64,000 nucleotides of DNA from Eledone cirrhosa (Eukaryota): contig OZ024740.1 in the NCBI GenBank assembly GCA_964016885.1, positions 70,060,001 to 70,124,000 of the forward strand. Direction: 5' to 3'. Below are positions 28,423 to 43,683 of this stretch, piece by piece. The position numbers were made by a program, and so were the translations under genes. The notes beneath the pieces were generated by a model that searched no databases, had not been told where the DNA came from, and saw nothing but the letters and a program-made list of their open reading frames with translations. Numbering within the stretch: the stretch's first letter is position 1; the number at the start of each line of letters is the position of its first letter.

Positions 28423-29793
28423 GAGAAGGAGGAAATTTAAAAAATAGCTATTCAAGATGTTCATGTTAATGTTTAGGAAATACTTTTAATACAAGTTAAT
28501 GCACTCTCAAATTGTGTGGTAGATCCAGTTTGTAATAAATACTACAATGGCATCAGTAGAGTTTTGGATTTGTATATTCTTTCTTTTGTGCTCAGTAGCC
28601 AAATGGCAAAGTATAAACCATAGGTAATATCTAAATCTTGAAGCGCGAAGAAAGTTATATGAAATATCAATTGAATCTACAGACCTTGTTGCAAAAGCCT
28701 CCATGCAAAATGGATACAACCAACCTCACAACTTTGTAAGCTGATAAAACATGTATATAAGTATTCAGTCCTTATCAATTTCTCCACAAGAATAGCAACA
28801 AATTACCTGATAGGGATTGAATTCATTGTCTCTTTATGGATGTCAAAAATCTAATCTGCATCTTCCCGAAATGTAGATGCCTGTTATACATTTATCACGG
28901 AGACAGTTAGCTATCATTTTTAATACATGTTATTATATAATTCTCTTTGGTGAAGCATCTTTGCGAGCAGTTACAAGGAGCCACTAACTAGTCGATCGAA
29001 ATAGCAACTATATCTCCCATAAATTCTAATCTAATAAATCCTCCAAACATTCTATCCTATCCTGTTCTCACCCAATCCTGATTATTTTCTCTGTATTCTC
29101 CCCTACCAATTTGTACCTAGCCCTCTTGACCATATTTTAGAATGTATATTTTTCATACATTTTTATATTTTTCTTCTTTTTTACCCTTTCTCATATCCTC
29201 TGTTAGTGTCAACATACCCACTAAAAGCCCCACTCCCCACATACTCATGCCATTCAAAAACACTCAGGCACACCTGTCCATTTCACCCCTCGAATTTTCT
29301 CTATTTATACTTGAACGACCATTGAATATTTAGTTTCGTCAAATGGGAGTGCACAAAAGACACTCCAGAGTAACAAGACTCATCACCTAGCCAAAATAAA
29401 GAATATATATATATATACTACCTCCGTTGGTCAACTAGCAGAGACCGAAGGAGAGCCTCGGACAGAAACATGAACCTACCTCTCTAAATAAGTATCTAAT
29501 AATTTTTCTTCTCCATTTTATTAATATGCGTATAAATATGCAATTTAATTGCACTTTGCACTTCCGTCGTTGAAAAAGGATACAATGCTGAAACCGGTGC
29601 CGCGATTAAATACGGAAATACCCACTTTTTAAATAAATGTTTTGATATTATACTGAAAAAATCCCTCCACAATTTTCTACGGTATTTTTTTCCTTTTTAC
29701 TATTTGTTTATATATATATCAACTCGTGAGTCCCTTTTCTACATTCGATATATATATATATACATAAACGCACACACACACACACACACACAT

Positions 29794-29891
<98 letters not shown>

Positions 29892-30271
29892 TGATGGAGA
29901 AAGAGAGAGAGAGAAAGAGAGAGAGGGTGAGAGAGAGAGAGTGTGTGTGTCATGAGTTTCCGTAGACGAGATTAAGGAAAAAAGCGCTCTATATTAAGTA
30001 CAGAACAAAAATAGATTATTGTAAATAAAAGTTTAACACAGTTGAATGCTACCTGGGGTTTCAAGGCCCTTTCAAGTATGGGTCTTAGACAGTATATCTG
30101 CTAATCTACCATATCTTTCAGGCAATACCAAGATGGCCGGTGTTATTTGCATGAGAACTCGTCGGGAGCAAGAGAGGTAATAATAATGTAATGATAAATT
30201 TGGTTCTGGGAAAGTAACTCCTGTACCTGTAAGTCTATAATGTAATCATAATTGTAGTAGACTGACAGACA

Positions 30272-30625
<354 letters not shown>

Positions 30626-30656
30626 TTATTATATATATATTTATATTTATATATAT

Positions 30657-30699
<43 letters not shown>

Positions 30700-31417
30700 A
30701 TAGATAGAGACTAACTGATGGAGGCTGAGGAGATGATAATACGAGAGATAATATCGTTTGGTAAGTATATAAATTATCTCCAGAATACACCGTCTGATTT
30801 TGATGTAATAGTCATCATCGGGTATGGTGCCCTTGCTGGGTTTGAACAAGGAAAACAATTTTACATCTAAATATACGTAAATACCATTATGTATATACTG
30901 TAAAGAGTAAGAACATCATATCCTTAAAATTCTATTAGTATCTTAGATAGAGTAAATGTTACGAAGATTTAATAACGCATGTATTCTATATTATGAGAAT
31001 ATTTAATGCTTTAATATAATGTTTTATAATGTTATATAAGTTGAGATATGAAACTCGCACTTTATGTGTCTTCATTTTTGGATATGAATATACGTATGCG
31101 CGTGTGTGTGTGCGTGTGCGAGTGTATGCGTGTGTGTGTCTGTGTGTGTGTTTGTGTGTATGTCTGTGTGCGTGTCTGTGTGTGTGTGTGTGTATGTGTG
31201 TTTAAATTCAAGGGAAACGTTTCACACTGTCAAATTTTTCCTTATAAATATACATTAACACACTACATCGACGTACTGAGTGCTTTCTCAATTAATATTT
31301 TAATGTTTTATATCCAACAACAAACATACGTGCTTGCATACATATATGGGTGTGTGAGTGAGTGTATATACATTTGTGTGGTGTGTAAGCGTGGTTGTCA
31401 GCTTGTACATATGTGTG

Positions 31418-31482
<65 letters not shown>

Positions 31483-31985
31483 TTGTTTGCATAATTACAA
31501 ACGAATCGAATGTTATTATTAATGTATATATGTATATATAAATATAGATTTGTGTGTGTGTGTGTGGGGGGGGGGATATAGGTATGCTTTTTTTAATACA
31601 TATAAATAAACAATAATATATATAGTGATGGCAGCATCACATTAAAACTTATTTCTACTATGTTTATAATATAAAAAATATGGTTCCTAAATAGGACTTA
31701 GAAAGAAATGTAAACACCGAAATATATATAAAAAGTCACTTAGCGACATAAATGTATATGCTAATGTATGTAATGTAAGTTGGATTCCAGGATTATTATA
31801 TGTACATAGTTTCTAACTTATATACTGTCTCAACTGGAGGTATTGTTGGTGAATATAACTTACTATTTAACACATATATTTAAAAAATTTAATTTAACAA
31901 CCATTTAATTTTACAACCATGTCTTTTTGAGAGCTATGAAATAGAGTTATTTATATCGAAATCACTATGTAATTTTTATGTCTTC

Positions 31986-32019
<34 letters not shown>

Positions 32020-32329
32020 TGAAGGGTTCATTCTACTGACATGGCTTTAAAATTGAGGGTTGTTTGCATAGTTACAAACGAATCGAATGTTATTAATGTA
32101 TATAAACCACAGACCCTCCATCTCAACTCACCTTTTGAAAAGCAGAAGAACTGCGAAACCGGTAAAGGAACCAAATAAATATATATATATTTTTTTTTAA
32201 AATAAGACTCCAGTTGCATTTTCGATTTCATCTCTTTTTCTTTATATATATATATATATATATAAGATATATAAGTTAAAGAAAGAAGAGTAACATGGTT
32301 GGCTTTACAATAAGGGCTTTATTTAAAGT

Positions 32330-32436
32330 ACTGACAATTGTTTTGTTGATCAGGTGTGTTTAGACTTCGCTAATCGCTTGAGATTGCGTCAATCGATCTC
32401 CAATACATTGTTTACCACTTGTCAACACATCAGAGC
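32330..32436 (-). ncRNA. Degenerate hammerhead ribozyme relic
   Basis: Minus strand reads GCT-CTGATGT-GTTGA...TCAAC-AAAA-CAATTG-TC-AGT followed by AATAAA. It has two core substitutions (A9 and G12). Confidence 0.45.
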
Positions 32437-32854
32437 GCATAGATATGAAAATAATTCACTCGGGGCAAGACTGAAATAGAGGAGTAGCGTAAAACAAAAC
32501 AATAACATCAATAATAGAGCAACGTATAATTAAAACATCAATAATAAAACATCAATAATAAAACATGTATGGTAAATAGATATAGTTACAGATGTAAAAA
32601 GTGACAAGTAAGATATAATGTAGGGTACATTAAAAAATAATAATTGTTTCTACTTTTGGCACAAGGCCAGCAATTACCCAGTGTATTACTGGTACTTTAT
32701 TTTATCGACTTTATATTATCGACATTAAAAAATAATAATAAGAAGAAGAAAATGAGGAAATGGAAAATACAAAGAAATAAAAGAAATGAAAGAGTGATAT
32801 ATGCATATATATATATACATATATACATATATATATACAAATATATATATGCAC

Positions 32855-33020
<166 letters not shown>

Positions 33021-33070
33021 GACGTAAAATAAGAACATTTTAAAAATTAACTTACTTACTAAAATTTTCA

Positions 33071-33151
33071 CTTCAACTAATTAGTTTCTGTAAGGGAATA
33101 AATATAGTTACGCAACGCAACCATAGAGAAATCCTTACGTCATCAGGGAGT
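33071..33151 (-). ncRNA. Hammerhead ribozyme (minus arm of the 530-bp element)
   Basis: Reverse complement of the 34093 motif, with a GUU triplet and a weakened stem I. Confidence 0.65.
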
Positions 33152-34092
33152 CTATTCTCAGCTAAGTTCCCAGGCAATGCGCGGACACTAGAAACCTATA
33201 TAAAAATAATAATTCAGTGGATGGAAAAAAGCGAGCGGGGACTAGATTCCAGGGCACTGAAAAAATTCACTGCCTACTTGGTCATTGGCAAATTCTAAAG
33301 AATCAATCACGTGACACTGAGGTTAATCAGTGAGGAGTGAAGTGGTAATAAGACAAGAGCCTAACTACTACCATGAACCATAGCAGTAAATTTCAGCAAG
33401 TTTTGCTCAACAAATAATTTGGAGATAAATATAGAGAATTAGTATATCTACCAACATATGTATACAGATGTATACCCATGCTAGCAAATATATATGTTAT
33501 GTCTTAGTACCTTTGTGGTTCTATGCAAGGGGATGCAGAACAATTATATGAAACACGTAAAATAAGAAAATTTTAAAAATTAACTTACTTACTAAAATTT
33601 TCACTCCTACTAATTAGTTTCTGTAAGGAAATAAATATAGTTACGCAACGCAACCATAGAGAATATTTTTAATTTTTTTATTTTATGTCTTTCGTATAAT
33701 TGTTCTGCATCCCCTTGCATAGAACCACAAAGGTACTAAGACATAACATATATATTTGCTAGCATGGGTATACATCTGTATACATATGTTGGTAGATATA
33801 CTAATTCTCTATATTTATCTCCAAATTATTTGTTGAGCAAAACTTGCTGAAATTTACTGCTATGGTTCATGGTAGTAGTTAGGCTCTTGTCTTACTATCA
33901 CTCCACTCCTCACTGATTAACCTCAGTGTCACGTGATTGATTCTATAGAATTTGCCACTGACCAAGTAGGCAGTGAATTTTTTCAGTGCCCTGGAATCTA
34001 GTCCCCGCTCGCTTTTTTCCATCCACTGAATTATTATTTTTATATGGGTTCCTAGTGTCCGCGCATTGCCTGGGAACTTAGCTGAGAATAGA

Positions 34093-34172
34093 TTCCCTGA
34101 TGACGTAAGGATTTCTCTATGGTTGCGTTGCGTAACTATATTTATTCCCTTACAGAAACTAATTAGTAGGAG
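34093..34172 (+). ncRNA. Type I hammerhead ribozyme (plus arm of the 530-bp element)
   Basis: TTCC-CTGATGA-CGTAAGG...ATGGTTGCG TTG CGTAACTAT...CCTTACA-GAAA-CTAATTAG-TA-GGAG. Palindromic ACTAATTAGT, GUA site. Confidence 0.85.
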
Positions 34173-34334
34173 TGAAAATTTTAGTAAGTTAATTTTTAAA
34201 ATTTTCTTATTTTACGTCTTTCATATAATTGTTCTGCATCCCCTTGCATAGAACCACAAAGGTACTAAGACATAACATATATATTTGCTAGCATGGGTAT
34301 ACATCTGTATACATATGTTGGTAGATATACTAAT

Positions 34335-34435
<101 letters not shown>

Positions 34436-34529
34436 TATACATATATATATATACACATATATATATACAGAGATATATATATGTATATATATATATGTAT
34501 ATATATATACATATATATATATACAGAGA

Positions 34530-34573
<44 letters not shown>

Positions 34574-34576
34574 TAC

Positions 34577-34666
<90 letters not shown>

Positions 34667-35481
34667 GTATATGTGATACTGATAACTGTGACACTTAGTG
34701 CCTTCGTGGGCCCCTGATATATTCAAGAAATATATTCTAAAAGAATATATATCTTATTTCAATTTACTTTATTTTATTTTATTTTATTTCATTTCATTTC
34801 ATTTCATTTTATTTATTTATTTATTTAATTTCATTTATTTATTTATTTATTTATTTATTTAATTTTTATTTAATTTTAATTTTATTTATTTATTTAATTT
34901 AATTTTATTTATTTTATTTATTTATTTATTTATTTAATTTAATTATATTTAATTATATCTTATATTATATTATTTTATTTTAGTCTATTTTATTTTATTT
35001 TAGTTTACCTGATTTTATCTTATTTTATGATTATATTATATTATGTTCTATTTTATATAATTTTAATTTTAATTTTATATTATTTTATTTCATTCCTTAC
35101 CCTGTATCACTATTTTCTGTATATTTTATATTTTATATTTTATATGTATGTTTGTTATATTTTTTTATATTTCCTTATATATATTATAAGTCTACTTTTT
35201 ACCTATTTTTCACCTATTTTTTACCTACTCTTACCTAATCCTACTTATCTACTCTTGTCTGTTCTCTTATCCATGTGTATGCTTGTATGTAACTATATGT
35301 TGACAGCACCCCGCCCAACTGTGACTGATAGCACCCCTTATTTTTCATTGTTTATTTTATTATTTTTATTTTTATTTTTATTTTTACTTTTACTTTTACT
35401 TCCTTAATATCCTTTATCTTCTATTATTTTTCATTCTTCAATGTCTTGGATTTGTTATTGCTTGTGTGGTATGTAATTAAC

Positions 35482-35539
35482 CTTTATGCTCTGATGAGTC
35501 CCACTTATAGTGCGGATGAAACAATGTTAGCAAGTAAAG
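35482..35539 (+). ncRNA. Solo type I hammerhead ribozyme motif
   Basis: CTTTATGCT-CTGATGA-GTCC CAC TTATA GTG C GGAT-GAAA-CAATG-TT-AGCA AG TAAAG. Stem I is TGCT/AGCA, extended by CTTTA/TAAAG. GUU site. Confidence 0.75.
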
Positions 35540-35666
35540 ATATGCATATGCTATAGGCGTTCTTTGTTATTTATTATATCACGGCTCTGTCCTCAGACAT
35601 CGAGCTAACCTTATACTGCCTGCTGGATAAGTGGAGTGTTATACACCCCTGATCCTCTCCCTAGTA

Positions 35667-35704
<38 letters not shown>

Positions 35705-35707
35705 GTA

Positions 35708-35761
<54 letters not shown>

Positions 35762-35772
35762 TATATATATAC

Positions 35773-35863
<91 letters not shown>

Positions 35864-35907
35864 GATATATATATACAGGTATATATATATATATATATAT
35901 ATGTATA

Positions 35908-36256
35908 TTATGCAAATAAGTCTCAATTTTAAAGCCATGTTAGTAGATTAAACTCTTCATTCTGGCTCTTGTGTTGGCATGTAAACAGAATTGCAGACAC
36001 TAATGTTCTGGGTATCACCCTTCATCAGCACAGCCCACTGGTCACCTGCCAACTGTCAAAGCTAGTGAAAATATATGCTATTTTTTAAAATATACAGTCA
36101 CTGATCGTCCTGATTAGCATATTAGCAGACTGGCTGATCAGTCAGATCTGCATATTAGCAGATCCACTGATCAGCCAGATTTGCATATCAGCAGACTGGC
36201 TTTAAAATTGAGGCTTGTTTGCATAATTGCAAAGGAATCGAATGTTATTATTAATA
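35908..36256. repeat. Dispersed non-coding repeat with inverted ends and internal ~32-bp tandem units
   Basis: TGCAAATAAGTCTCAATTTTAAAGCC near 35911 is inverted to GGCTTTAAAATTGAGGCTTGTTTGCA near 36198. GCATATTAGCAGA.TGGCTGATCAG.CAGAT occurs about three times. Related copies at ~31481-31525 and ~32020-32100. Confidence 0.6.
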
Positions 36257-37677
36257 TTCGAAAAACTCAGATTACATTTATTGCATTCAGCCATGTAGAG
36301 CGAAATTTTTCTTTTCTATATATATATTGATATTGATATATATATATATGTATATATATATATACAGTGGGAGAACGCTGGTGAGATATATCTTCAGAAG
36401 TAGGGCACTCAATCAATAGGATGGGAGGAATTTGGTAGAAATATTTGAGGTGAAACAAGTTGTTCTCGGAAATGGTGTATTAACTTTTGTGGAACTACTT
36501 CTATAGATATATGTATATATATATATTTGTGTGCATGTGAAATACAGGTTTAGACATTAAAAGAAAGGTTACATAAGTGTATTTATTGGATTATACGTAT
36601 TTCAATGACGCTAGCGTATTTCATGTTAACACAATTAATTGAGTGGGTTGTTACATCGCAGGCACACGTTTCCATGATCATCAGAACGTGGATTGGCGTA
36701 AATAACCGTTTCTACTTTTGGCACAAGGCCCGTACTTACTCGCGTGCATTACTGGTTCTTTATTTTATCGACCCCATAAGGATGAAAAATATACTAAATT
36801 TTCGGAATATATAAAAGTAGACTTATATATTTAAGTATACTTTTGTACCTAAGCAGCTGAAATTGTATATTTATAAAGGAAGTAACCATAGACTATATCA
36901 CACTTTGGGAACATTGCTGCTTTTGTTTCTATCAGAAAACTATATATACCCATGCTCTTCAATAGACACTAAAAAAATATATATTGATTAGAAGATTAAT
37001 GTAAATTTAAAAAGAGGCAATGTTTCCCAAAGAAGGTTTTACAATGTAAGAGTAAAACTTTATCTGAGCTTCTATAATTGTTCTTTCTCCCTACCAATTT
37101 TTAAGGAGCTCAACATGAAGTTGAGATATAAGTACCTGGTTTTAAACAATATGTTACTTTGGAAGGGTCTGTTCTGCGATCTTTAATGTTTCCATAAGGA
37201 TTTTGTTGGGGCGTTCTGGGAAGCACAGCATATACACTTCAGATTACCTGGAGAACAAATGTATAGCTGGGTTGACTACAGATACGTATTTGCAGTAATA
37301 ATTGGCGGTAAAATTAGAAGATGGTATATTAGCAGTAGTTCCATCTTTCAGCTGAATGTGAGATCTATGAGAATGTTGATGAATTCAACCTATCAAACTA
37401 GGACAACTAAACTCTTAGAGCACATTCAAAAGGAACTTGATGTAATTTTATTCCATAGTAAGTTGTTTATGACATATACCATAAACCCACAATCATGATG
37501 TTATGTAATACTTAAAGCACTATATGAAACTTCAAGACAAACGATTTATAACTAATCAAAGAAACCAAGTAAACTGATTAAGGATTTGAATAGATTATAA
37601 TGAGTTCATAGGAGATTAGCACGCACACAGACACACACACATACATAAACACACACATATATATTTATATGCATACG

Positions 37678-37717
<40 letters not shown>

Positions 37718-38237
37718 GTGTATCAGATCAGGTGTGTTAAAAAAGCAGGTGGACCATAGCCCACGAGAGTCCTCGATACTTGGGGTGGTAGAGTGGGTAA
37801 AATGAAAAGATTCAGGACCACGACGGCTGACCACTGGCCGTTTAGACAGCTAGATCCGAACGTCCGGATATATACACACACACACACATATATATATATA
37901 TACATATACATGTATAAATATATGTATATATATATATACGTATATATATATACGTATATATATATAGATATATTTATATTTATATATATATACATATATA
38001 TATATACGTATATATATATACGTATATATATATAAATATATTTATATTTATATATATATACATATACATATATATATTTATATTTATATATATATATATA
38101 TATATATATACGAAAATGTTCAAGACCCCATGGGGTCTTGAACATTTTCCTATTACCCACTCTACTACCCTAAGTATTAGAGAACTCCGGTGCGTTTTGG
38201 TCCACCTGGTTCCTTACCACACTTCCTTCGTTATATA

Positions 38238-38298
<61 letters not shown>

Positions 38299-38332
38299 TA
38301 TATATATATAGATATAGATATATAGATATAGA

Positions 38333-38410
<78 letters not shown>

Positions 38411-38886
38411 GTTTTCAGAAGTCTTTGGCAAAACAAATTGCTCAGATATCCAGAAATAGATGGTTTTAAACCAGTCTACTTTCTTGTTTCAGCTACTCTT
38501 ATTGATACCCAAAATAAGCTTATTATTTCAACTTAAGATTAAGATGCGATAATCTGATTAGGAACTGAATAGACATAGTTACATGAAGATATCTAACATA
38601 TGTAGTATTTAATTGAAAGAAACAAGACGCGACACTTCTTAATGTTGTTTTGAAATTGCTGACTAAGACAAAATGGTGTCTTAAAAACAAGCTAGGAAAT
38701 CAAGGTGTAAAAAAAAGAAATCTTATTCATACATACAAAAATAAACTGTCTCACCTTTCTCTATTCTCATACACACATACACGCATAGGCGTGCATGCAC
38801 ACAGAAAATACATGCGCGCATACACATACACACGAGCACACACACAAATAAATATAAATATATATATGTGTGTGTGTGTGTGTGTG

Positions 38887-38920
<34 letters not shown>

Positions 38921-39214
38921 GAGACACACACACACACACACATACACACGAAAAATCAACAACATATTTTCGCTGACCTTATGAAAAAGACAAATAACAA
39001 CTTCGCATTTTATGTATTTATATTATTTCATTTCATTTAGATTACATATATGTGTGTCTGTACGTGTGTGAGTGGGTGTGACTGGGTGTGGGTTTGTGAG
39101 TGGGTGGGTGTGTATGAGTGGGTGGGTGTATGCTTGTGCGTGTGCGGATGTCTGTTTGTGTGTGTACTTATATATATGTGGGTGTATGTGTGTATATATA
39201 TATATATATATACC

Positions 39215-39271
<57 letters not shown>

Positions 39272-39277
39272 ACACAT

Positions 39278-39312
<35 letters not shown>

Positions 39313-39359
39313 GATATGTTTCTTTATTAGCCGATAGATAGATAGATAGATATACATAC

Positions 39360-39407
<48 letters not shown>

Positions 39408-40010
39408 TTGTATGTGTGTGTGTGTGTGTGTGTGTATGTATAGGCATATAGGTATGTGTTGCAACATGTTCAAACCTGATATGGTTGGACAACAAAAGCT
39501 ATACGGCCAAATGGTAAACAGGAAATAATCCAATCTACCAATAAGGTGTGTCGCCTATTGACTTTATTTTGCTCCAATAGCAAAAATAAAAATGAACCAT
39601 TCAAGAGAACAAAGTGAATACTTTTCAACAATTGATTTCTACTGATCTTTTGTTTGTTTGAAATATCAGTATAATAGTCTCATTTACTTTTTAGAAGTCA
39701 TTCAATCAGAATTATATCATTTTTCCTTCTTCCTTGAATAATAATAATAATAAAAATAATAATAATGTTTTCTTTATTAACCACAAGGGTTTACATAAAG
39801 TAGACATTAAGGACAGTACAGGACAATACAGGACGGTACAAATGGGCATTTCTGCGTGTAAAAAAAACAGAGGATGAAATAAAATAACAAAGAAAAATTC
39901 CCCAATAGGGGGGAGACTTCCGAGGGATATTTGTGGAGAAAGCCCATTAAAAGACCACAGTGGCCCTGACCACCAGGGAAAGTGCCCTCTCCCAGTTTTC
40001 CACCTTTAAT

Positions 40011-43000
40011 TTACAGACACATACTCAGAGAAGGCCCATTCATTCGGGCCATACTTGCTTCTCTCACCCATCTTTCATCAAAATGCTGGGAAGAGAGCAC
40101 TTCCCTCTCTACCCTGATTTTCCTTTTCAAATGAAATTTGAAAAAGTTAATCAGGGCATCACCGAAGAGGTAAGTGCTCGTCTTCAGCCCTTTCAAACGT
40201 GTCCACCATACTATCTCTTTCGCCATGGCCACCAGACAGATAAAAACTGCCTGCCCTTCCCGGCTAAAGGAAGGGGGCGGGGCAATCCTCACGATGGACT
40301 CAGCTGATAGCTGGATCCGTCCTACACGTGACAGCAGGTGTTCGACATAAACCCACAAGTCAGCAATGCTCGGACACTGGACGAGTGCGTGCAGGACGGT
40401 TTCGTCGCCCTGCGCGCATCTCGGACATGCCCGGCTGACGGCACCTCCATGCCTGTAGAGTTTATCCCGAACTGGCAAGGCTCCTCGGTAGCACTGCCAG
40501 GCCAGAGATTTCTGGAAGTTGTCCATAGGCCCTGGCCCGAAAGTTCTTCCGAAGAGATTGGCTAGTTGATTTTCGTCGACGCCTAGAGTTTCCCCAAGTA
40601 CGTCGTCGCTCTTCCCCTCCACTAATCCTCTATAGAACGCCGAGGTGGAGTTTCCATCGATCACATTGCCCGATTGGTCGAGGGCTGTGAGCGCCTGAAG
40701 ACATTCCAGTCTCCAGGCGCTCCCTCTCGGTCTTCGCTTGACCCAGGACTGCAGCTCCGTCAAGGAAACGAGCTGGGGAAATACGTGTCTAGCAAACGGC
40801 GACCACACCTGATCACCGTCGAGGAAGAGGTGGAGATGTCGTAGCCTGAGCGTGTGCCTGCGCATCATCAGCCACGGCATGCCCAGCCCTCCACGTAGCG
40901 GGTGTTGACAACAGATGGACCGCCTGACCATCGGAGCGCGTCCCTTCCACAAAAAGCGAAAGAGCAAACGCTCCAGCGCAGTCAGACGAGGCTTAGGACA
41001 AGGTACGACGGTCAGGCGGTAGCAGATGACAGATGCGATGTACGCGTTAGCCACCTCCGCTCGACCTTTCAGGGATAGCTTCTTCTCCGCCCATTTCTGG
41101 GTGAGAGAAGCCAACCTGCTCGTCACCTCGTCCCAGTTTTTGTCCATCTGGAGATCCGGACCGAACCAGACCCCTAGCAATTTAACCGGTCCGTCTGTCC
41201 AGCGTCCGACGACGCTGTTGGACGGCATGGACCTGCCTCTCCAGGTGCCGAGCTGCAGGCCCACTGACTTTTCCTGGTTGATCATTGCTCCTGTCACCGC
41301 TTCGTATTCTCTTAGTGTAGTGCCGATCGCCTCGATGTGTTTGGCGTTCGACACCACTACGGTGACATCGTCCGCATATGCTGACACGGATCTTCCGCAT
41401 CCTAGTTCGCGCGGCACGCCCCTCAGCGTCTCCAGTTTGTGCAGTAATGGCTCGAGAGTCAATACGTACAAGAGGGACGAGAGGGGACATCCTTGGCGGA
41501 CCGAGCGCATGATGTTGAACGGTTCCGACAGGTGACCGTTCACTCTCACCACAGAGCAGATGTCGCTGTGCATGGCAGCGATCCAGCCTCTGAAGACGGG
41601 CCCAAAGCCAGCCGCCCTCAGGTAACGATGGTCGACCCTATCGAAAGCTCTCGACTGATCTAAATTGATCAAGGACCCACCCGTGCCAGGTTCCCTAGCC
41701 CTCCTCTCTACGATGTATCGCATGAGGTGGAGGTTGTCGTGGATGGATCTGTCGGGAATGGCACATGTCTGCGCCTCTCCCACCAGACCAACAACGACAA
41801 GCGCCATCCTCTTTGCTAGCACCTTGGCCAAAATCTTGAACTCCGTGTTTAGCAGAGTTATGGGCCGGAAATTATCTATGTTATCCCCCTTGTTCGGATC
41901 GTTTCTCAGCAGTGCCACCGCTCCTCGGCTCACAGAACTGGGAATTCTGCCGTTCTGTTGCCAGTTGCAGTAGACGTCCGCCAAGAGGCCTCCGAACAAG
42001 TCTGGCATCTGTACGTAAAGTTCATAGGGCAGACCATCCAAACCAGGCGATTTACCCCTTGTGCAGCCAGTCATTGCCTCCCTTACTTCAGCGGCTGTTA
42101 TCGGCTTTTCGCAACACTTCGCCTCAGTGGTCCATCCCTCGACCCGGCCCACCGCTGCCCCCGAACAGCTGAGCGAAGTGTCGCTGAAAAGCTTCACACA
42201 TTTTCCCGGGATCGAGTAGCATGCGCCCGTCGTGGTCCACCAAAGACCGGATCGTGGTTTTGTTGCCACGACGCGCCTCCGCCACTCGGGCCCATTGAAC
42301 GGCTTTCGTCCCCTCGTGTCTGAGAGCACGCACCCTTGCTCTGACAACGCAGCCTTCGTGCTTTGCATTGAAGAATTGGTCAAGGGCCAATTTCGCCGAA
42401 AGCACGTCGGTCGCAATGCCTTTGCTAAGCGCCTCGTTTAATTTTCTAACTAGTTCTCCCTCTGCTCTATTTTTCTCTATTGCTAAAGACTTACTAAACC
42501 TAATGGATTCTAATCGCTCTTTTCAGAGCAAACCACCACTTGTTGTTGACGATGGCCCCCGTCAACGCCCGCTTAACTAGTTCGCTAATCCGGTCTCTGT
42601 AGGCCTTGCGCGCTGGTAAGGACGCGTTTAGCTTCCAGTAGCCGGGTCCTCGTCTATGAAGCCTATCTAAGTCAAGCACACAGATCACGAATTTGTGGTC
42701 CGTGTAGCTGACTATCTTGAATTGTGGACAGCCTATGCTAGACCTATCTATTTCCCTACAAAATACTCTATCTAGATATGATCTGGATGACCCTATGCGA
42801 TTTGTCCAAGTCCACATTGGCACATTCGGGAAATCCAATCGGTACCTGTCAGACAGTTCAAAACGCCTGAGCAGGTTGGTGAGGCTCTTGCACCCTCCAC
42901 CCCTATCCGCTAATCCCACACAGTCCCAGCGTGCACCTAAGATCCCGTTCCAGTCGCCCACTAACACTAAAGAGCGGGACGTTCCAAGAAAGGTCTCCAG

Positions 43001-43375
43001 ACGCCGGAAGAAATCAGGCCGCCCTGCTCCTGTCGGGGCATAGACAGCCACTAGCCTGAAAGCTTGCCCGTCTCCGCTGGTCACGTCCAGCACCACCAGC
43101 TTACCCTCTGGGTCCAGGAAGATGGCCCGTATGGCGAGATCCAAACCTCTCCGAAAAAGCACAGCAACTCCTCCCCCCGATCCAGGACGGCTGGGAGATG
43201 CGTACACATCGTAGCCGCCGAAGATCGGTGCGAAGGCCCGTGCTTCGGAGATTCTGGTCTCGCTGATGGCCACTATATCTATGTTTAGTGACCTGAGGTC
43301 GTTGAGCAGGTGACCTTGCTTCCATGACGACCCCAAGCCACGCGCATTTATGCTGCCTATTCTGAGTGAGGTCAT
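40011..43375 (-). pseudogene. ORF2: APE endonuclease, reverse transcriptase and zf-RVT, broken by frameshifts near 42500 and 42125
   Basis: SINARGL, ISETR, VAVYAP, LVGDWN, SYLDRVF and YTDHK (APE, 42500-43375). RQGCPLS, AYADD and CPRC...HALVQC (40011-42416). Confidence 0.95.
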
Positions 43376-43683
43376 GTTTAAAATAGAGTGGAAAAGATGG
43401 GAAAGACCACTTACCGTACTTTTCGTAGAGGAGGGATGCTTTTTACATCCCTTTTCACTTGATCGTCTGGTGAAGGGACCGTTGAATCGTCCCTTCGGCT
43501 AGTCGTCGGCTCTTTTATGAGTATGTCCGAATATACTCTTCGATTGATAGTTCCTCCTAGGTCCCTGAAATCACCAACTGCGTTGGGGAATTTCGTTTTA
43601 ATGTTTGTGTGTCGTTTTTGTGCTATTTTTAGCAGTCTTATGTTAGTTGACGTTTTGATTGGTGCTGGTATTATGTAGTCGTG

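Noticed and set aside
28500-28930. Exon-like or GPCR-like minus-strand sequence with GT-AG candidates
   Set aside because: Stops occur in all plausible spliced frames and no motif is recognisable.
29566-29604. Possible U3-A8 hammerhead TTGAAAA-AGGATACAATGCT-GAAA-CCGG-TG
   Set aside because: The cleavage position is G, stem II is mismatched and stem I is not convincing. At most a relic.
36860-37560. Higher-complexity stretch that may be a decayed coding sequence
   Set aside because: No long frame or identifiable domain by eye; needs BLASTX.
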